From: Malacoraja senta
Taxonomy: Eukaryota
DNA length: 64,000 bases
Assembly: GCA_038087875.1 (NCBI GenBank)
Contig: CM075985.1
Location: 25,544,001 to 25,608,000 of the forward strand
Direction of reading: 5' to 3'
The notes below the pieces were generated by a model, which was given only the letters and a program-made list of their open reading frames with translations, was not told the DNA's origin and did not search any database. The position numbers were made by a program, and so were the translations under genes. Positions 26,527 to 37,838 of the stretch are shown here, one piece after another (the first letter of the stretch is position 1; the number at the start of each line of letters is the position of its first letter).

Positions 26527-26698
26527 ATTGACAATCCCATTCTGAACAGCAGCCATCTTCAGTTTCGACTCTGGTAGGTTTTAACCCACTGTAACATTGT
26601 GGCTTTGGAGTTAGTTCACAGGAAACATGTTCAATTTTGTATGTTTCTGCATAAACGCAAGTGTGGGTCGCACAATTTTCCATCCATGTTTCGTTGCA
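26527..26698 (-). CDS. Mucin exon, D4N/VWC-like (module 1)
   Basis: CNETWMENCATHTCVY...CYSGLKPTRVETEDGCCSEWDCQ; 172 nt; donor gtagct. Confidence 0.92.
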
Positions 26699-27524
26699 CT
26701 AGAAAATAATGTAAAACAAATGAATGCATCTTTAAATTTGTAATTTAGTTTGACTGTTTTGAAATAGTATTCATGTAAATGTGTTTGAGGGATATATTTT
26801 TTGCTTGGTTGAATTAAATTGCTCTAATACAACAATTCAAAGAAGTTGAAGTAGTTATGTTTCTGTAAGGTTCTGTTTAATAATGTAATTAGTGGAAACC
26901 AGCATTTTAATATTTCGATTTAAATGAATGTAATAATCAGAGGGCCAATTTTCAAACCCATAAACATAATCTATTGTAATCCTGTTTTTATTTGTGTCCA
27001 CTATTGGATGAATGGGGCATAAAAGTGAATTCATCAAATGCAATCCATTGAATAGCACCATTATTATAATTGATGATGTGTGGGATCAAAAACTGACGAG
27101 TGATTTCCAGAACAAATGTGCCTGGCCCACGGTGAACCTTTGGAATGTCTTCCTTTGGAGCTGTGGAGGAGCATTATTGACTAAAACAGAGTTCATATTA
27201 TTAATTTAGCCTTTGGTGTCTTTTGGCAACCAAATCAAAATAAGCACAATTAATAATTTAGGTTTTATATTTATTTCAACACACTCATGAATTACATATA
27301 AGGAAGCAATGGACCATGCTTTGCTCCAAATATCATTGCAGAAAAGAAGATTACTTGTATCTTTAGTCACTAAAGGGTATGTTGATAAAATCTTTGTTGG
27401 CTCTGGCCAAACCAAAAGACAAGAACTTTGAGAAGTTGTATAGAGATTTTGTCAGCAATTGAGCTAATACAGGTAGATGATTCAGATCATAAATAGCAGA
27501 CTAACTTTGAAGCTAGCAGTTTTT

Positions 27525-27835
27525 AGTTTAGTTTAGTTTAGTGATAGCTCGGAAACAGGCCCTTTGGCCCACTGGGTCTGCACCGACCAGCGATCCCCGC
27601 ATATTAACAATATCCTACACCCATTAGGCACAATTTTTACTTTTACCGAGCCAATTAATCTGCAAACCTATACGTCTTTGGAGTGTGGGAGGAAACTGAA
27701 GATCTCGGAGAAAGCCCATGCAGGTCATGGGGAGAACGTGTAAACTCCGTACTGACAGCACCCGTAGTCTGGATCGAACCCGGGTCTTTGGCGCTGGATT
27801 TGCTGTAAGGCAGCAACTCTACCGCTGCGCCACCT
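27525..27835 (-). mobile_element. tRNA-derived SINE (V-SINE/HE1-like)
   Basis: Minus-strand head GGTGGCGCAGCGGTAGAGTTGCTGCCTTACAGC..GGTTCGATCC; (CTAAA)n tail. Confidence 0.85.
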
Positions 27836-27974
27836 TGTCTAAAAACAGGAATGCTGTGGTATGAAATTTAGTTCAGTGATAAGTAGCATGCTGAGATACA
27901 AACAGTTCTAGAGAGCATGAGACCATTTAGCTTTTTCATTAAGCTAATTCATTTAGTTTTTTCACCCTGGTTAT

Positions 27975-28300
27975 TCCATCTTTTTCCCTCTCCTGTCAGG
28001 CAGAAGATAGAATAGCTTGAAAGCATGTACCACCAGGCTCAGGACAAGCTTCTTCCCCTCTGTTATCAGACTACTGAACGGTCCTCCCATAAGATAGGGT
28101 GTAGTCCTGATCTTCCAACCTATCTCGTAGTGGACATTGGACCTTTTACTTTGGAACTGTATTGCTACAAAGCTGTACAACTATATGCTGCCCTCTGATA
28201 ATTTTCCCTTTGGTGTGCCTGTGTATAGCTTGATTGTAATCATATGTGATATGATCTGATTTAATTGAATAGCATGCAAGCAAAAGCTTTTCACCGTATC
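27975..28300 (+). mobile_element. Rex1/Babar-like LINE 3' fragment
   Basis: Degenerate LSGRR..SLKACTTRLRTSFFPSVIRLLN. Confidence 0.6.
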
Positions 28301-28431
28301 ATGGATCAAGATTAGGCAACATATTAGCATATTTTTGTTTAACCTTGTGAAGTATCATTTGAATAACATAAGAATAATATTTGTAGTGTAAGCTTACGAA
28401 AAATCAAAATTTCATAATGAAATATATTTAC

Positions 28432-28805
28432 CTTTCGTGGTGGATTTGAATCACAGTAACATTCTTCTGGTGGAATGGAGGTGGAGACAGTTGTAGTCAT
28501 GGTTGTCACTTCGGTTGGCTCACAGCAAACTCTGATCTCATAGTCATTACAAATCTGTCCCGCTGCATCCTCAGAAACGGTACAAATCAGCCCTATGTCT
28601 TTATCACACACCACTATATCTGCTGATAAACTTGAAGGCCAATAAGTATCATTGGCGAGTTGACACTGAATGTTACTGATCTTATCAGAAGGATAGGAAC
28701 ATATTCCTTCACGTATTGGAGCCAGCAATTCCTTATCATTTGGGCTCTGTGCTGATGGTGTATTATCATTATACCAGGAAGACCATACACCAGAACAGTG
28801 GGCCT
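28432..28805 (-). CDS. Mucin exon, CysD (Mucin2_WxxW) domain plus short PTS
   Basis: EAHCSGVWSSWYNDNTP...IQCQ...VVCDKDIGLIC...ICNDYEIRVCCEP...ECYCDSNPPRK; 374 nt; phase 1-0. Confidence 0.95.
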
Positions 28806-29449
28806 CTGCAATGGAAAAAGAGGACAGCATTAGAATCACGTTCGAAGAGGAGAATGATAAATATAGTTGTATCAAGCTGCATTGATGAATTTTAGATAAT
28901 GTCTCATTAGATGCACGCTAAATGGACAAAAGAAGGTGATTAACAGTTGTGTTGTTTCCAGAGAATGGGCGGTGTAGGATTCATTACAAGGAAGACCAAT
29001 GCAAGAAAAAAATTAACAATGCTGATTTATAACAATAAGCCTCAAGATGGCAGTGGTGGAAGGTCCAAAGGAAAGTCGGTGGCTGTGAATATTCTGCCAG
29101 CTCATCTCCCGACCCTCAGAAAGCATCCAAAAGCTCTGTGGGCATTTCAGGAAGCAGGACATGGTGACCTTGGTGCATGGATGATATGGCCGTGGTGGTC
29201 ATGGATCATAGTGTTAGTGGAGGCAGCCACAGGAAGCCCTACAGCCAGGTGAGCCAGCAGTTCGCGAACGACATGGAATGGCACTAAAAGGAACCAATGG
29301 CATGGCGTGGGTCGGACTGACCACTACATCATCAATCCAATGACGTTCGGATACTGTGCCTTAAAATGTACAAATAAGAAATTGCAAGTCTCCTTATTGC
29401 AAAATAGTCATTTCTGAAATGTGAGACTTGAAAAGTTGCAATAACGTTA

Positions 29450-29742
29450 AAGACTAGAGGGCATAGTTTTAAGGTGAAAGGGACAATGTATAAATGAGAT
29501 GCGCATGGCAAGTTTTTTTACACAGGGTTATGGTTGCCTGGAATATACTGCCAGGAGTTGTGGTGGTGACAGATTTGATAATGTTGTTTAAGTAGGTTTT
29601 AGATAGGTACATGGATATGCAGGGATGGGAGCGTTATAGATAATGTGCATGGAGATGAGATTAGTTAATCTTTCCATTATTTTTGGTGCAGATATTATGG
29701 GCCAAAGGGCTTTTTCCTGTGCTACATGTATCTATGTTCTAT
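29450..29742 (+). mobile_element. CR1 LINE 3' end
   Basis: aagactagagggcatagttttaaggtgaaaggg...gggccaaagggc..ctatgttctatg. Confidence 0.8.
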
Positions 29743-30090
29743 GGTGTGATTTCACTTAACAGCACACAGACAAGCTTTTCACTGTATCTTCGTACACCTA
29801 ACAATAATAAACTGAAATTGAACTAGACCAAGGAAGAGGAGATTTGTATGGTTGAGCGACATATAACTAAAAATAAATTCGGCTAATTGGGTCAAGGAAA
29901 GAGCGTTCATGTCGTCGCCCTGTTTCCACCAATCTTTCCACCAATCTTCCCACCACCATACACAAGAAGCACAAGAAGCGCAAGGCACACACCATTGTGC
30001 AGATGCTGAGAAGTGTGTTCAGCTCTGGCTGAACAACTTGTAATCTTGTATGTGTACTCGATAAGAAGAAGAACTCGGCTAATTTTGATT

Positions 30091-30609
30091 ATTCTTCAAA
30101 GCAGCGGTGTGAAATCACAAACAACAAGAACGAAGTAATATAGTAACATAATAAAACGAGTAATTTAAGAACTTCCATCTGACCTTTATGATAGAGGGTT
30201 GGGCCGTGGTGGGCATGTAATCACGAACGTAGCTCATAAAATAAAGATCAAACTTCAAACTGGTAAGTTCTCATTTAATCTTACTATTTTACTTCGGAGT
30301 CACGTGAGTGACTACGTGAAGATTTTAAAGCTTTGTGATTTCATGCCGCAGATACAAATCCCGGCTTCTCACTGCATTGATTGACTCGCAACGAGAAATC
30401 ATCAATATTGCATTAATAACAACATTTGTACCACAAGTGCAGTAATTCATTTATTTTAATAATGAAATTAATAAGATCCCCTTTAAACCAGAGGAATTTA
30501 TACAGAACTTAAAATAGTTTCTGCAAACAGTCCCGCATTAACAATAGGCCGATGGTAAAACTTTGAAACATCAGCTCATTGGACCACTCACGTGACTCCG
30601 AAGTAAAAT
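30091..30609 (-). mobile_element. DIRS-like (tyrosine recombinase retrotransposon) terminal remnant
   Basis: Minus strand reads WSNELMFQ-(frameshift)-FYHRPIVNAGLFAETILSSV*, resembling a YR C-terminus; perfect 25-bp inverted repeat at 30286-30310 and 30585-30609. Confidence 0.6.
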
Positions 30610-31503
30610 CTTGTATGTGAACTCGATAAGAAGAAGAACTCGGCTAATTTTGATTTCTGTCCACAGTAACAATTTGAATGTAGAGGCTGAATTAAGAATG
30701 TGAAGAATAGAAGCAGAGGAAGGCCACAAGGCCCCTTGTGCTTGCATCACCTTTCATTAAAATCACAAATGAGAGATGACTCAGTTCATTCATTCATTCA
30801 TTCATTCTACAATTTCAATTTCCAGTCTTCTTCAAGAATGAATTCCAATAATTTACTACTCTCTGGTCTTGTGTTCAATCCTGGTGGTCCAATCCCTTAA
30901 ACTAAGAAAGCAACTGGTGAATCAATTATACATATCGAATCTCTCCACTGTCACACTTCAGGTAATATGTAGTGGCTGTGAGTGCACTTTTCTCTCAAGT
31001 GACTAATCATGTTTTTCAATGACTATTAGCTACATTCTCAGCCTGTGTACTCCCTTAATTTCCTCTCTCAAGATTATTTCCCCTTAAAGATACTTGCCAA
31101 CTTTCTAACAAATGCATATGTGTGCAAATGAAGTTGCAACACAGGTTGGGAATGTTGCTAATCGTCATTGAAAAACATAATCAGTCACTTGAGGGAGAAG
31201 TGCATTCACAACCACTACATGCTACCTGAGGTGTGACTGTGGGGAGATTCAACATGTGTAATTATATTCAACAAAACTGTGAAAACCTACCATGTTTGTT
31301 AATAAAGCAAGAAAATATGCTGGAAAAACTAAGTTATGATGTTAGAAATGTCCAATCAGAAAAATTGCTAAAACTTATCATGTGTTTACAACATGTATCT
31401 TCAAAAAGTAGTACTGGAAAAAATAAAATTCTGGAGCTTAAGACGTTTAAAATGTCCACTCATTGTCTTAAGGTCTGCCATTACTAAAAGGCATTTGACT
31501 CAC

Positions 31504-31563
31504 CTGTTGTGGAACTAACGGTAGACTCAGTCGTGACAGTTGTCGCTGTTGTTGGTGTTGTTT
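31504..31563 (-). CDS. Mucin PTS micro-exon (60 nt)
   Basis: ETTPTTATTVTTESTVSSTT; cag/gtgagt; phase 1-1. Confidence 0.9.
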
Positions 31564-31999
31564 CTGGTGAAAGAGTACAAATGAGTTTACAACCACATTA
31601 TACAACTTGAGCAGAAATTGAATTATGTAAGAATCAGCATTTATTAAGGAGCCAGGCCCAAATTCTTTTGACCTTGATCACATATACCTAATCTGAATTT
31701 ACCTAGAATGTTTGTTTGGTCAATCACAATGACAGCCCCACGATAAATGCACCCTGTTTACTAAGCAGATGATCCATGCGACAATTATTTTTTTTTCAGA
31801 ATTTCTGTATCCAAATCTGCAGTGAAATTTATTATATGCACAAAAGTGTAATTGGAAAAAGACACTTTTGCAAAGACATGCAATGACTGAGTCTCACAAG
31901 ATTGAGGTGCATAAGTTAGAGCACGGAATGTTGAAACTAATCATCCTTGATTTCACTAAAATACACATGCAAACATACTTGAAAGATACTATAACTAAC

Positions 32000-32035
32000 C
32001 TGATGTGGTACTTGTACTCGTCTCAGTTGTTGTTT
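32000..32035 (-). CDS. Mucin PTS micro-exon (36 nt)
   Basis: ETTTETSTSTTS; tag/gttagt; phase 1-1. Confidence 0.85.
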
Positions 32036-32213
32036 CTAGTGAAAGAAAAGAATAACATACTCAACAAAGGCAACCAAGTTGAATTGAAACCCATTTGAGA
32101 AACGTTTAACAATACTTGAGAATAATTGAGTAGCTGGCACATTCCATTAAAACATTGTACCATATGTATTATTTTCCTAATCATAAGATTATTGCAGGGC
32201 AAATTGTGTATAG

Positions 32214-32917
32214 ACAATCCTGTTTATATCAATGGGACAATGGTGGAGAGAGTCAAAAACTTCAAATCCCTGGGGGTGCATATTTCCGACGATCTTTCCT
32301 GGACCCAGCACACTGATGCAATTATAAAGGAAGCACATCAGCGCCTCTACTTCCTGAGAAGATTACGGAGATTCGGTATGTCAAAGAGGATTCTATTGAA
32401 TTTCTACAGGTGCACAATAGAAAGCAAATTGACTGGTTGCATCATGGCCTGGTTCGGCAACTTGAACGTCCAGGAGCGGAAAAGACTGCAAAAAGTTGTG
32501 AACACTGCCCAGCCCATCACCGGGTCTGACCTCCCTACCATCGAAGGGATTTATCGGAGTTGCTGTCTCAAAAAGGCAGCCAACATCATCAGAGACTCAC
32601 ACCATCCTGGCCACACACGCATCTCACCACTGCCATCGGGAAGAAGGTATAGGAGCCTGAGAACTGTAACTTCCAGATTCAGGAACAGCTTCTTCCCAAC
32701 AGCCATCAGGCTATTACACACTACAAACTCATAAGCTCTGATTTACAATAGACTATTATTATTATTATTATTATTGCACTGTTATTGTTTGTTTATTTCA
32801 GTATGTGTGTGTCTCATTTATCATATTATTTATTATGATTACATATTCTGTTGTGCTGCAGCAAGTAAGAAGTTCATTGTTCTATCTGGGACATATGACA
32901 ATAAAACACTCTTGACT
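32214..32917 (+). mobile_element. 5'-truncated Rex1/Babar-type LINE (DUF1891-like C-terminus)
   Basis: PVYINGTMVERVKNFKSLGVHISDDLSWTQH..AHQRLYFLRRLRRFG..RFRNSFFPTAIRLL; 3' UTR with (TTA)n and gacaataaaacactcttgact tail. Confidence 0.9.
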
Positions 32918-33984
32918 ACTACAGTTCTTTGTCTTTGTAATTCAACAGATGAGTATTTCAGCGTCAACAGGAAAAAATATTGCTGTGACAAAGTATTCCA
33001 GAAACCTCAGGCTGTATGGTCAACTTTGACTGTATGTTAATCAGAACTGTCTAACCTTGCACATCCACACCACCACTAGTATCAATGGACTTGGTTATTG
33101 GCAAAGAAAGAAGTGGTCCTTTTCTCAGAAAGATTAGACATTAAATATAAATTCTTGTTTACTCAAATTAAAATAATGACATTGCATGAGGGATATGCAT
33201 CATGTGCAGGCAGCTAAGATTAATTTATCTTTTGAAATGTTCAGCAGTAACATTGCGGGCTGAAGAGCCTGTTCCTGTGCTATGTGTTCAATGTGTTATG
33301 TATACTTAATGGATGCCACATATTTATTTAATATGTCTGATTTGTTCAGAATCATAAGTTATTAAAGGCCATTTAATTAAAGGATGATTGGCTTAAATAA
33401 TTTGTATATTATCCTGACATATGTTCAATAATATCACTATTCTTAAATGCCACTAAGCTTGGTATACACAGTTTAAAATGGACTCACAGACCCTAGCTGT
33501 GCAATATTGACCCATTGTCTTATTTCAGTGCTGCCGTTGACAATGTTTTGCTCTTAATGCACCAATTGTAGATTTCATGGAAGTTCAACCGTGTTTTCCA
33601 AAGACTGCATGGTCTACTTTGTTATCTATCTGTCTGTCTGTCTGTCTGTCTGTCTATTTATCTAGTGTTCTGGAAACTCTGCCAAAACAGTACACAATAG
33701 AGCGACAATTTTGGCCCACCTTACTCACCATTGTCCTGCGGTGTGCATTAGCCAAGTTTAGTTCTGATTAATGTTATATTTTACAAGTTATTGACATTTT
33801 AAACTTTACAAAAAACACTTTTCCACTTGCCCTTCCCATCAGCCGTGTTTGACATCACAACAACGTCACAATGGGACTTTAAACTTAAAAAAATCACATT
33901 TCCACTTGCCCTGCCCGTCACCTGCATGACCGCGCGTGCGCAGTGGGCCCGGTATCCGCGTGTGCGGCATTTGAAATAACCGTG

Positions 33985-34217
33985 ATGCTGAGGCTGAGGC
34001 TAGGTCTGTGCGTGGCGGCGCTGCTGCTCTGGCCCTTCGGGGAAGGAGAGGAGTGGGACCCAGGTCAAGGACTGGGCCGCAGCCTCGGCCTCCCCCTCCC
34101 CCAGCTCCAGGCTGCTCAGCCCATCCCTCCCGTTTGCCCCCACCTCAAGTACAACTACATCGCTGATGTGGTGGAGAAAACGGAGCCGGCGGTGGTTTAC
34201 ATCGAGATCCTGGGGAA
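33985..34217 (+). pseudogene. HTRA2: Captured HTRA2/Omi exon-1 fragment
   Basis: [48 protein letters not shown] versus human HTRA2 (from memory) [49 protein letters not shown]. Confidence 0.85.
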
Positions 34218-34341
34218 GTGGGAGGGAGAAGAGGGGGTAGGGTTAGAGAGGAGGGGGGGAGGTATGGAGTGGGCGATAGAGGGAGAGGAGGGCAGTGGGG
34301 GAGGTGAGGAGGGTGATTTGGAGGGGTGGGATAGGAGGGAG

Positions 34342-34428
34342 AGTTCAAGTTCAAGTTCAAGTTCAAGTTCAAGTGAGTTTATTGTCATGTGCCTTGATAG
34401 GACAATGAAATTCTTGCTTTGCTTCAAC
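34342..34428 (-). mobile_element. Short LINE 3' tail with (CTTGAA)n, inserted only in Helitron copy 1
   Basis: Reverse complement aagcaagaatttcattgtcctatc..gacaataaactcacttgaacttgaa resembles the Rex1-type tail at 32860-32917; absent from copy 2. Confidence 0.75.
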
Positions 34429-35540
34429 GGCGAAGAGGAGAGGGGAAAGAAGAGAGATGGTGAAGAGGAGGGTGAGGGAGTGGTGGGGAAGAGGGGGAAT
34501 GGAAGAGCATAGAGGTAGGAAGAGGGATGGTGAGGTAATGGAGGAGGGGAGGGGGAAGAGATAGGAGGGGAGGGGGGATGAGTGGAGGCAGAGGAGGTTT
34601 GATTGAGATTGGGGAGAGGGAGGATAATGGAGGTGGGGAATAGAGGACTGAAGAGGGAGAGTGAGATGCGTTCACATTGATCTTATATTTTACATTATTG
34701 ACATTTAAAAAATTTTAAATGTCGCAGACGCGCTCCCACTTGCCGGCCGCGCCTGCGCAGTTGGGTGAGGGTTGCCGTGACTCACGTCACAATGGGGATC
34801 TCTGGTGTCAAAACGGGAACCTGTCAGCCGCGCCTGTGCAGTTGGGGGCTATGGGTGAGTGGTGGAATATTGTGTCGGAGGAACGAGCCCAACAGGTCCA
34901 CACTTGGTCTAGTTATTACAAATGGTGTGTGATGTGTTTGCACACAATCAGCATTTGTGTTCCAATTTTCCAAATGTACCAGAACCTCACTTGTGCAAAA
35001 TGTGCTGATTCTAATCATGCTTTAACTGGGTATTGCTGAATATCCGAAGAAACTGAGAAAACGAAGACAACAACTCAGTTGGACACAAAGTGCTGAATAA
35101 GGAACTGCAGATGCTGGGTTACACAAAATGACCCAAAGTGCTGAAGAAATCAGCACATCAGGCAGCATCACTGGAGAAAGTGGATAGGTGATGTTGCGGG
35201 TCACGATCCTTCTACAGCTTGGAGACGGAGCTGATCCTAAATAATACATATCCATGTTCTCCCTAGAGGCAGCCTGCCTCGCTGATTACCTCATCACTTT
35301 GTGTCATTTTGTGTAATCTAGCATTTGCGGTTCCTTGCTTCTGTTCCTCCACAATCACTAAGCTTTTTGAAGATTACTTTATAACTTGGTATAATTGGAT
35401 TGAGCCAAACATTGAAATCTTGACGTATATTTTCACCTTGTACATCAATAATGTAAGCAAAGAAGCAAGAAGAGGAAAGAGCTGCTGTTGACCCTGTTGT
35501 CATAAGATTTGCACTGTTTACAGTGAGTGGTTTGACTCAC

Positions 35541-35594
35541 CTGTTGTGGTGGACTCCGTTGTGCCAGTTGTTGAAGATGTTGTTGGTGTTGTTC
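35541..35594 (-). CDS. Mucin PTS micro-exon (54 nt)
   Basis: GTTPTTSSTTGTTESTTT; cag/gtgagt. Confidence 0.9.
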
Positions 35595-36243
35595 CTGGTG
35601 AGAGAGTAAAATGTGTTTACAACTTGAGAGTAGGCTGAATTTTATAAATATTCCATGATGAAATTTATATTTCAATTTAGAAATTTAGCCAAATTCTGCT
35701 TTGTCTGCTTTGCTCATCATTTTTGTTAGGATGGGATCCATTAAATTCTGAACTTTTCAGTGCATTTTTATCCACCTCCACAGTGATATACAGTATATCA
35801 AATAGACTGGTGTGAACAAGAAAATATACATTTCTGAAGACAAATATTGGCTCCTGCTCTTTCAAATGTTCACAGTGCTAATGCACAACACATTGCAAAT
35901 CATCACTATTTTACTAACTAGTATGTATCCTGGAACATAGACTAACCTATCCATGTGCAAATGCTCTTAGACTTTTACTCTAAGTCTGCTGGGCAAAGGG
36001 AAGAGTCTTTTCTCTGAAAAGGCATTGCTGCTGAAATTCTTATCCATGTCTATTGAATGCAAAATGCACCTTAAAAAAATACTGCTGACAGTCAGAACCA
36101 CAGACTCTCACATATTTTCAGTGAGAAACATTAAATTTTAGGAGCAAAACTAATAGGGAAGAATGAAGTATAGAGCTTTATTTTAACAGATCATACAGGT
36201 ACAGAAGGATAAGATAATGTGATTAATAGGTGATGTTACTAAC

Positions 36244-36285
36244 CTGATGTAGTGCTGGTAGTGGTCTCAGTTGTTGGTGTTGTTT
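36244..36285 (-). CDS. Mucin PTS micro-exon (42 nt)
   Basis: ETTPTTETTTSTTS; tag/gttagt. Confidence 0.88.
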
Positions 36286-36615
36286 CTAGAGAAAGTAAAA
36301 AGCTTATATTTAACCAATGCAGGCAAGATGAATGTCAAAATGAATTGGTATGCAGTTGAGAAACCTTTAATAGGAATTCATGTGCTGGCACATTTTATTA
36401 AAATGTTGTACCAAGTGTTGTTTTCTTAATCATAAATGCAGTTGGTGGGCATACTATACTACTACATGTCTTTCCCTTTGTAGATAGCTGGTAGAGCTGT
36501 AGCCGCATAGACCAGAGACTCTGGTTCCACCTTGACCGCGGGTGCTGTCTGCGTGCACATTCTCCCTTTTACAGCGTGGATGGCCTCCAGGTATTTGATA
36601 GATGTTGTTACTAAC

Positions 36616-36663
36616 CTGTTGTAGTGCTGGTAGTGGTCCCAGTTGTTAATGTAGTTGTTGTTT
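36616..36663 (-). CDS. Mucin PTS micro-exon (48 nt)
   Basis: ETTTTLTTGTTTSTTT; cag/gttagt. Confidence 0.88.
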
Positions 36664-37153
36664 CTGGTGAAAGAAAATAATGCTATGGTCAACTAAGGCA
36701 GCCAAGAGAAATAGGTATGCAGTATTGAATCTTCAACAGGAATTCCTGAACTGGATCATTTGATGAAAACGATTTTGAGTTGACATTGTATTAGTGTGTG
36801 ATGTTTCTGAAAACAATGTGCATTTATGTTTGCATATCCAAAAGTGACATGATCCACAACCTGCACAAAATTTGGAGGTTATAATTACGCTTTTGCTTGT
36901 TCCTGCTGAGTATACGTGGAAATGAGAAGCAATAAACTCATGTTCTTCCACATTTCCTAAGTTTTTCTAAGATTACATCATAACTTGATATAATTGATTT
37001 GAGGCAAACATTGACATCTTGACATGTATGTTCACATCATCTATCTCAATAATGTAAGCAAAGATGCAAGAAGTAAGCCAGGGACCTGATCTTAGGAGTG
37101 TTGACCCATTGGCTTAAAATGTGTCACTGCTTACTGAAAGTGGTTTGACTCAC

Positions 37154-37216
37154 CTGTTGTGGAACTGGTGGTGGGCTCAGTTGTGCCAGTTGTCGAAGAT
37201 GTTGTTGGGGTTGTTC
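37154..37216 (-). CDS. Mucin PTS micro-exon (63 nt)
   Basis: GTTPTTSSTTGTTEPTTSSTT; cag/gtgagt. Confidence 0.9.
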
Positions 37217-37387
37217 CTGGAGAGAGAGTACAAACATGTTTACGATTTTAATTGCAAGAGCTGCAGCCACATAATGCCAGAGACCCGCGTTCTATCCTGG
37301 TTTCTCGTGCTGTCTGTGTGGTGTTTGCACGTTCTCCCTTTTACCGTGTGGGTTCCCTCCAGGTGTTTGGTAGATGTTGTTACTAAC

Positions 37388-37435
37388 CTGATGTAGTGCT
37401 TGTAGTGGTCCCTGTTGTTGATGTTGGTGTTGTTT
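37388..37435 (-). CDS. Mucin PTS micro-exon (48 nt)
   Basis: ETTPTSTTGTTTSTTS; tag/gttagt. Confidence 0.88.
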
Positions 37436-37787
37436 CTAGTGAAAGAAAAGAATGCTATGTTCAACTAAAGAAACCTCCAACAGGAATTCATCAGCTGGCA
37501 CATTTTAATAAATTGTTTTACGGTGGTTATTTCCTTCATCGTAGCTTGTGGGAGGGTCTACTTTGCTGCTACATTTCTTCATCTCTGTCAATCAGCAGTT
37601 GACTATTTTGCTCCCATCTCGAACAATCCTACACTCTTGACACTTTGATTGTGGATTTCATGAAGAATTACAAGGCCCTTTTTATTTCAGAAGGTGTTCT
37701 CCTATTTTCCGAGTGAGAATTATTAAATGTTTGCGGCAACACCATGAACAGGCAAGAGGGATATATAGAGCTTAACTTTGACGTTAC

Positions 37788-37838
37788 CTGATGTAGTGCT
37801 GGTTGTGGTCTCAGTTGTTGATGTGGTTGGCTTTGTTT
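37788..37838 (-). CDS. Mucin PTS micro-exon (51 nt)
   Basis: ETKPTTSTTETTTSTTS; cag/gtaacg. Confidence 0.88.

Larger units (their letters stand above)
18750..28365. repeat. Duplicated ~9.6-kb D4-assembly segment, copy 1
   Basis: Collinear with 53125-62808, including introns and TEs. Confidence 0.95.
33625..34912 (+). mobile_element. Non-autonomous Helitron carrying an HTRA2 fragment (copy 1)
   Basis: Starts A|TC and ends gagcccaacaggtccacacttggtCTAG|T; empty paralogous sites (39111-39140, 43731-43760, 48351-48380) show insertion with no TSD. Confidence 0.85.

Noticed and set aside
27770-27835. tRNA gene (A and B boxes; also at 2510 and 62200)
   Set aside because: The head continues into a SINE core and a LINE-derived tail
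32126-32734. 202-aa ORF as a host gene (this peptide class is often mislabelled ALKBH8-like)
   Set aside because: It is the C-terminus of a Rex1/Babar LINE ORF with its 3' tail
33943-34512. 189-aa ORF as a functional HTRA2 gene
   Set aside because: Only the exon-1 portion is present, there are no catalytic exons in the window, it lies inside Helitron ends, and the paralog is frameshifted
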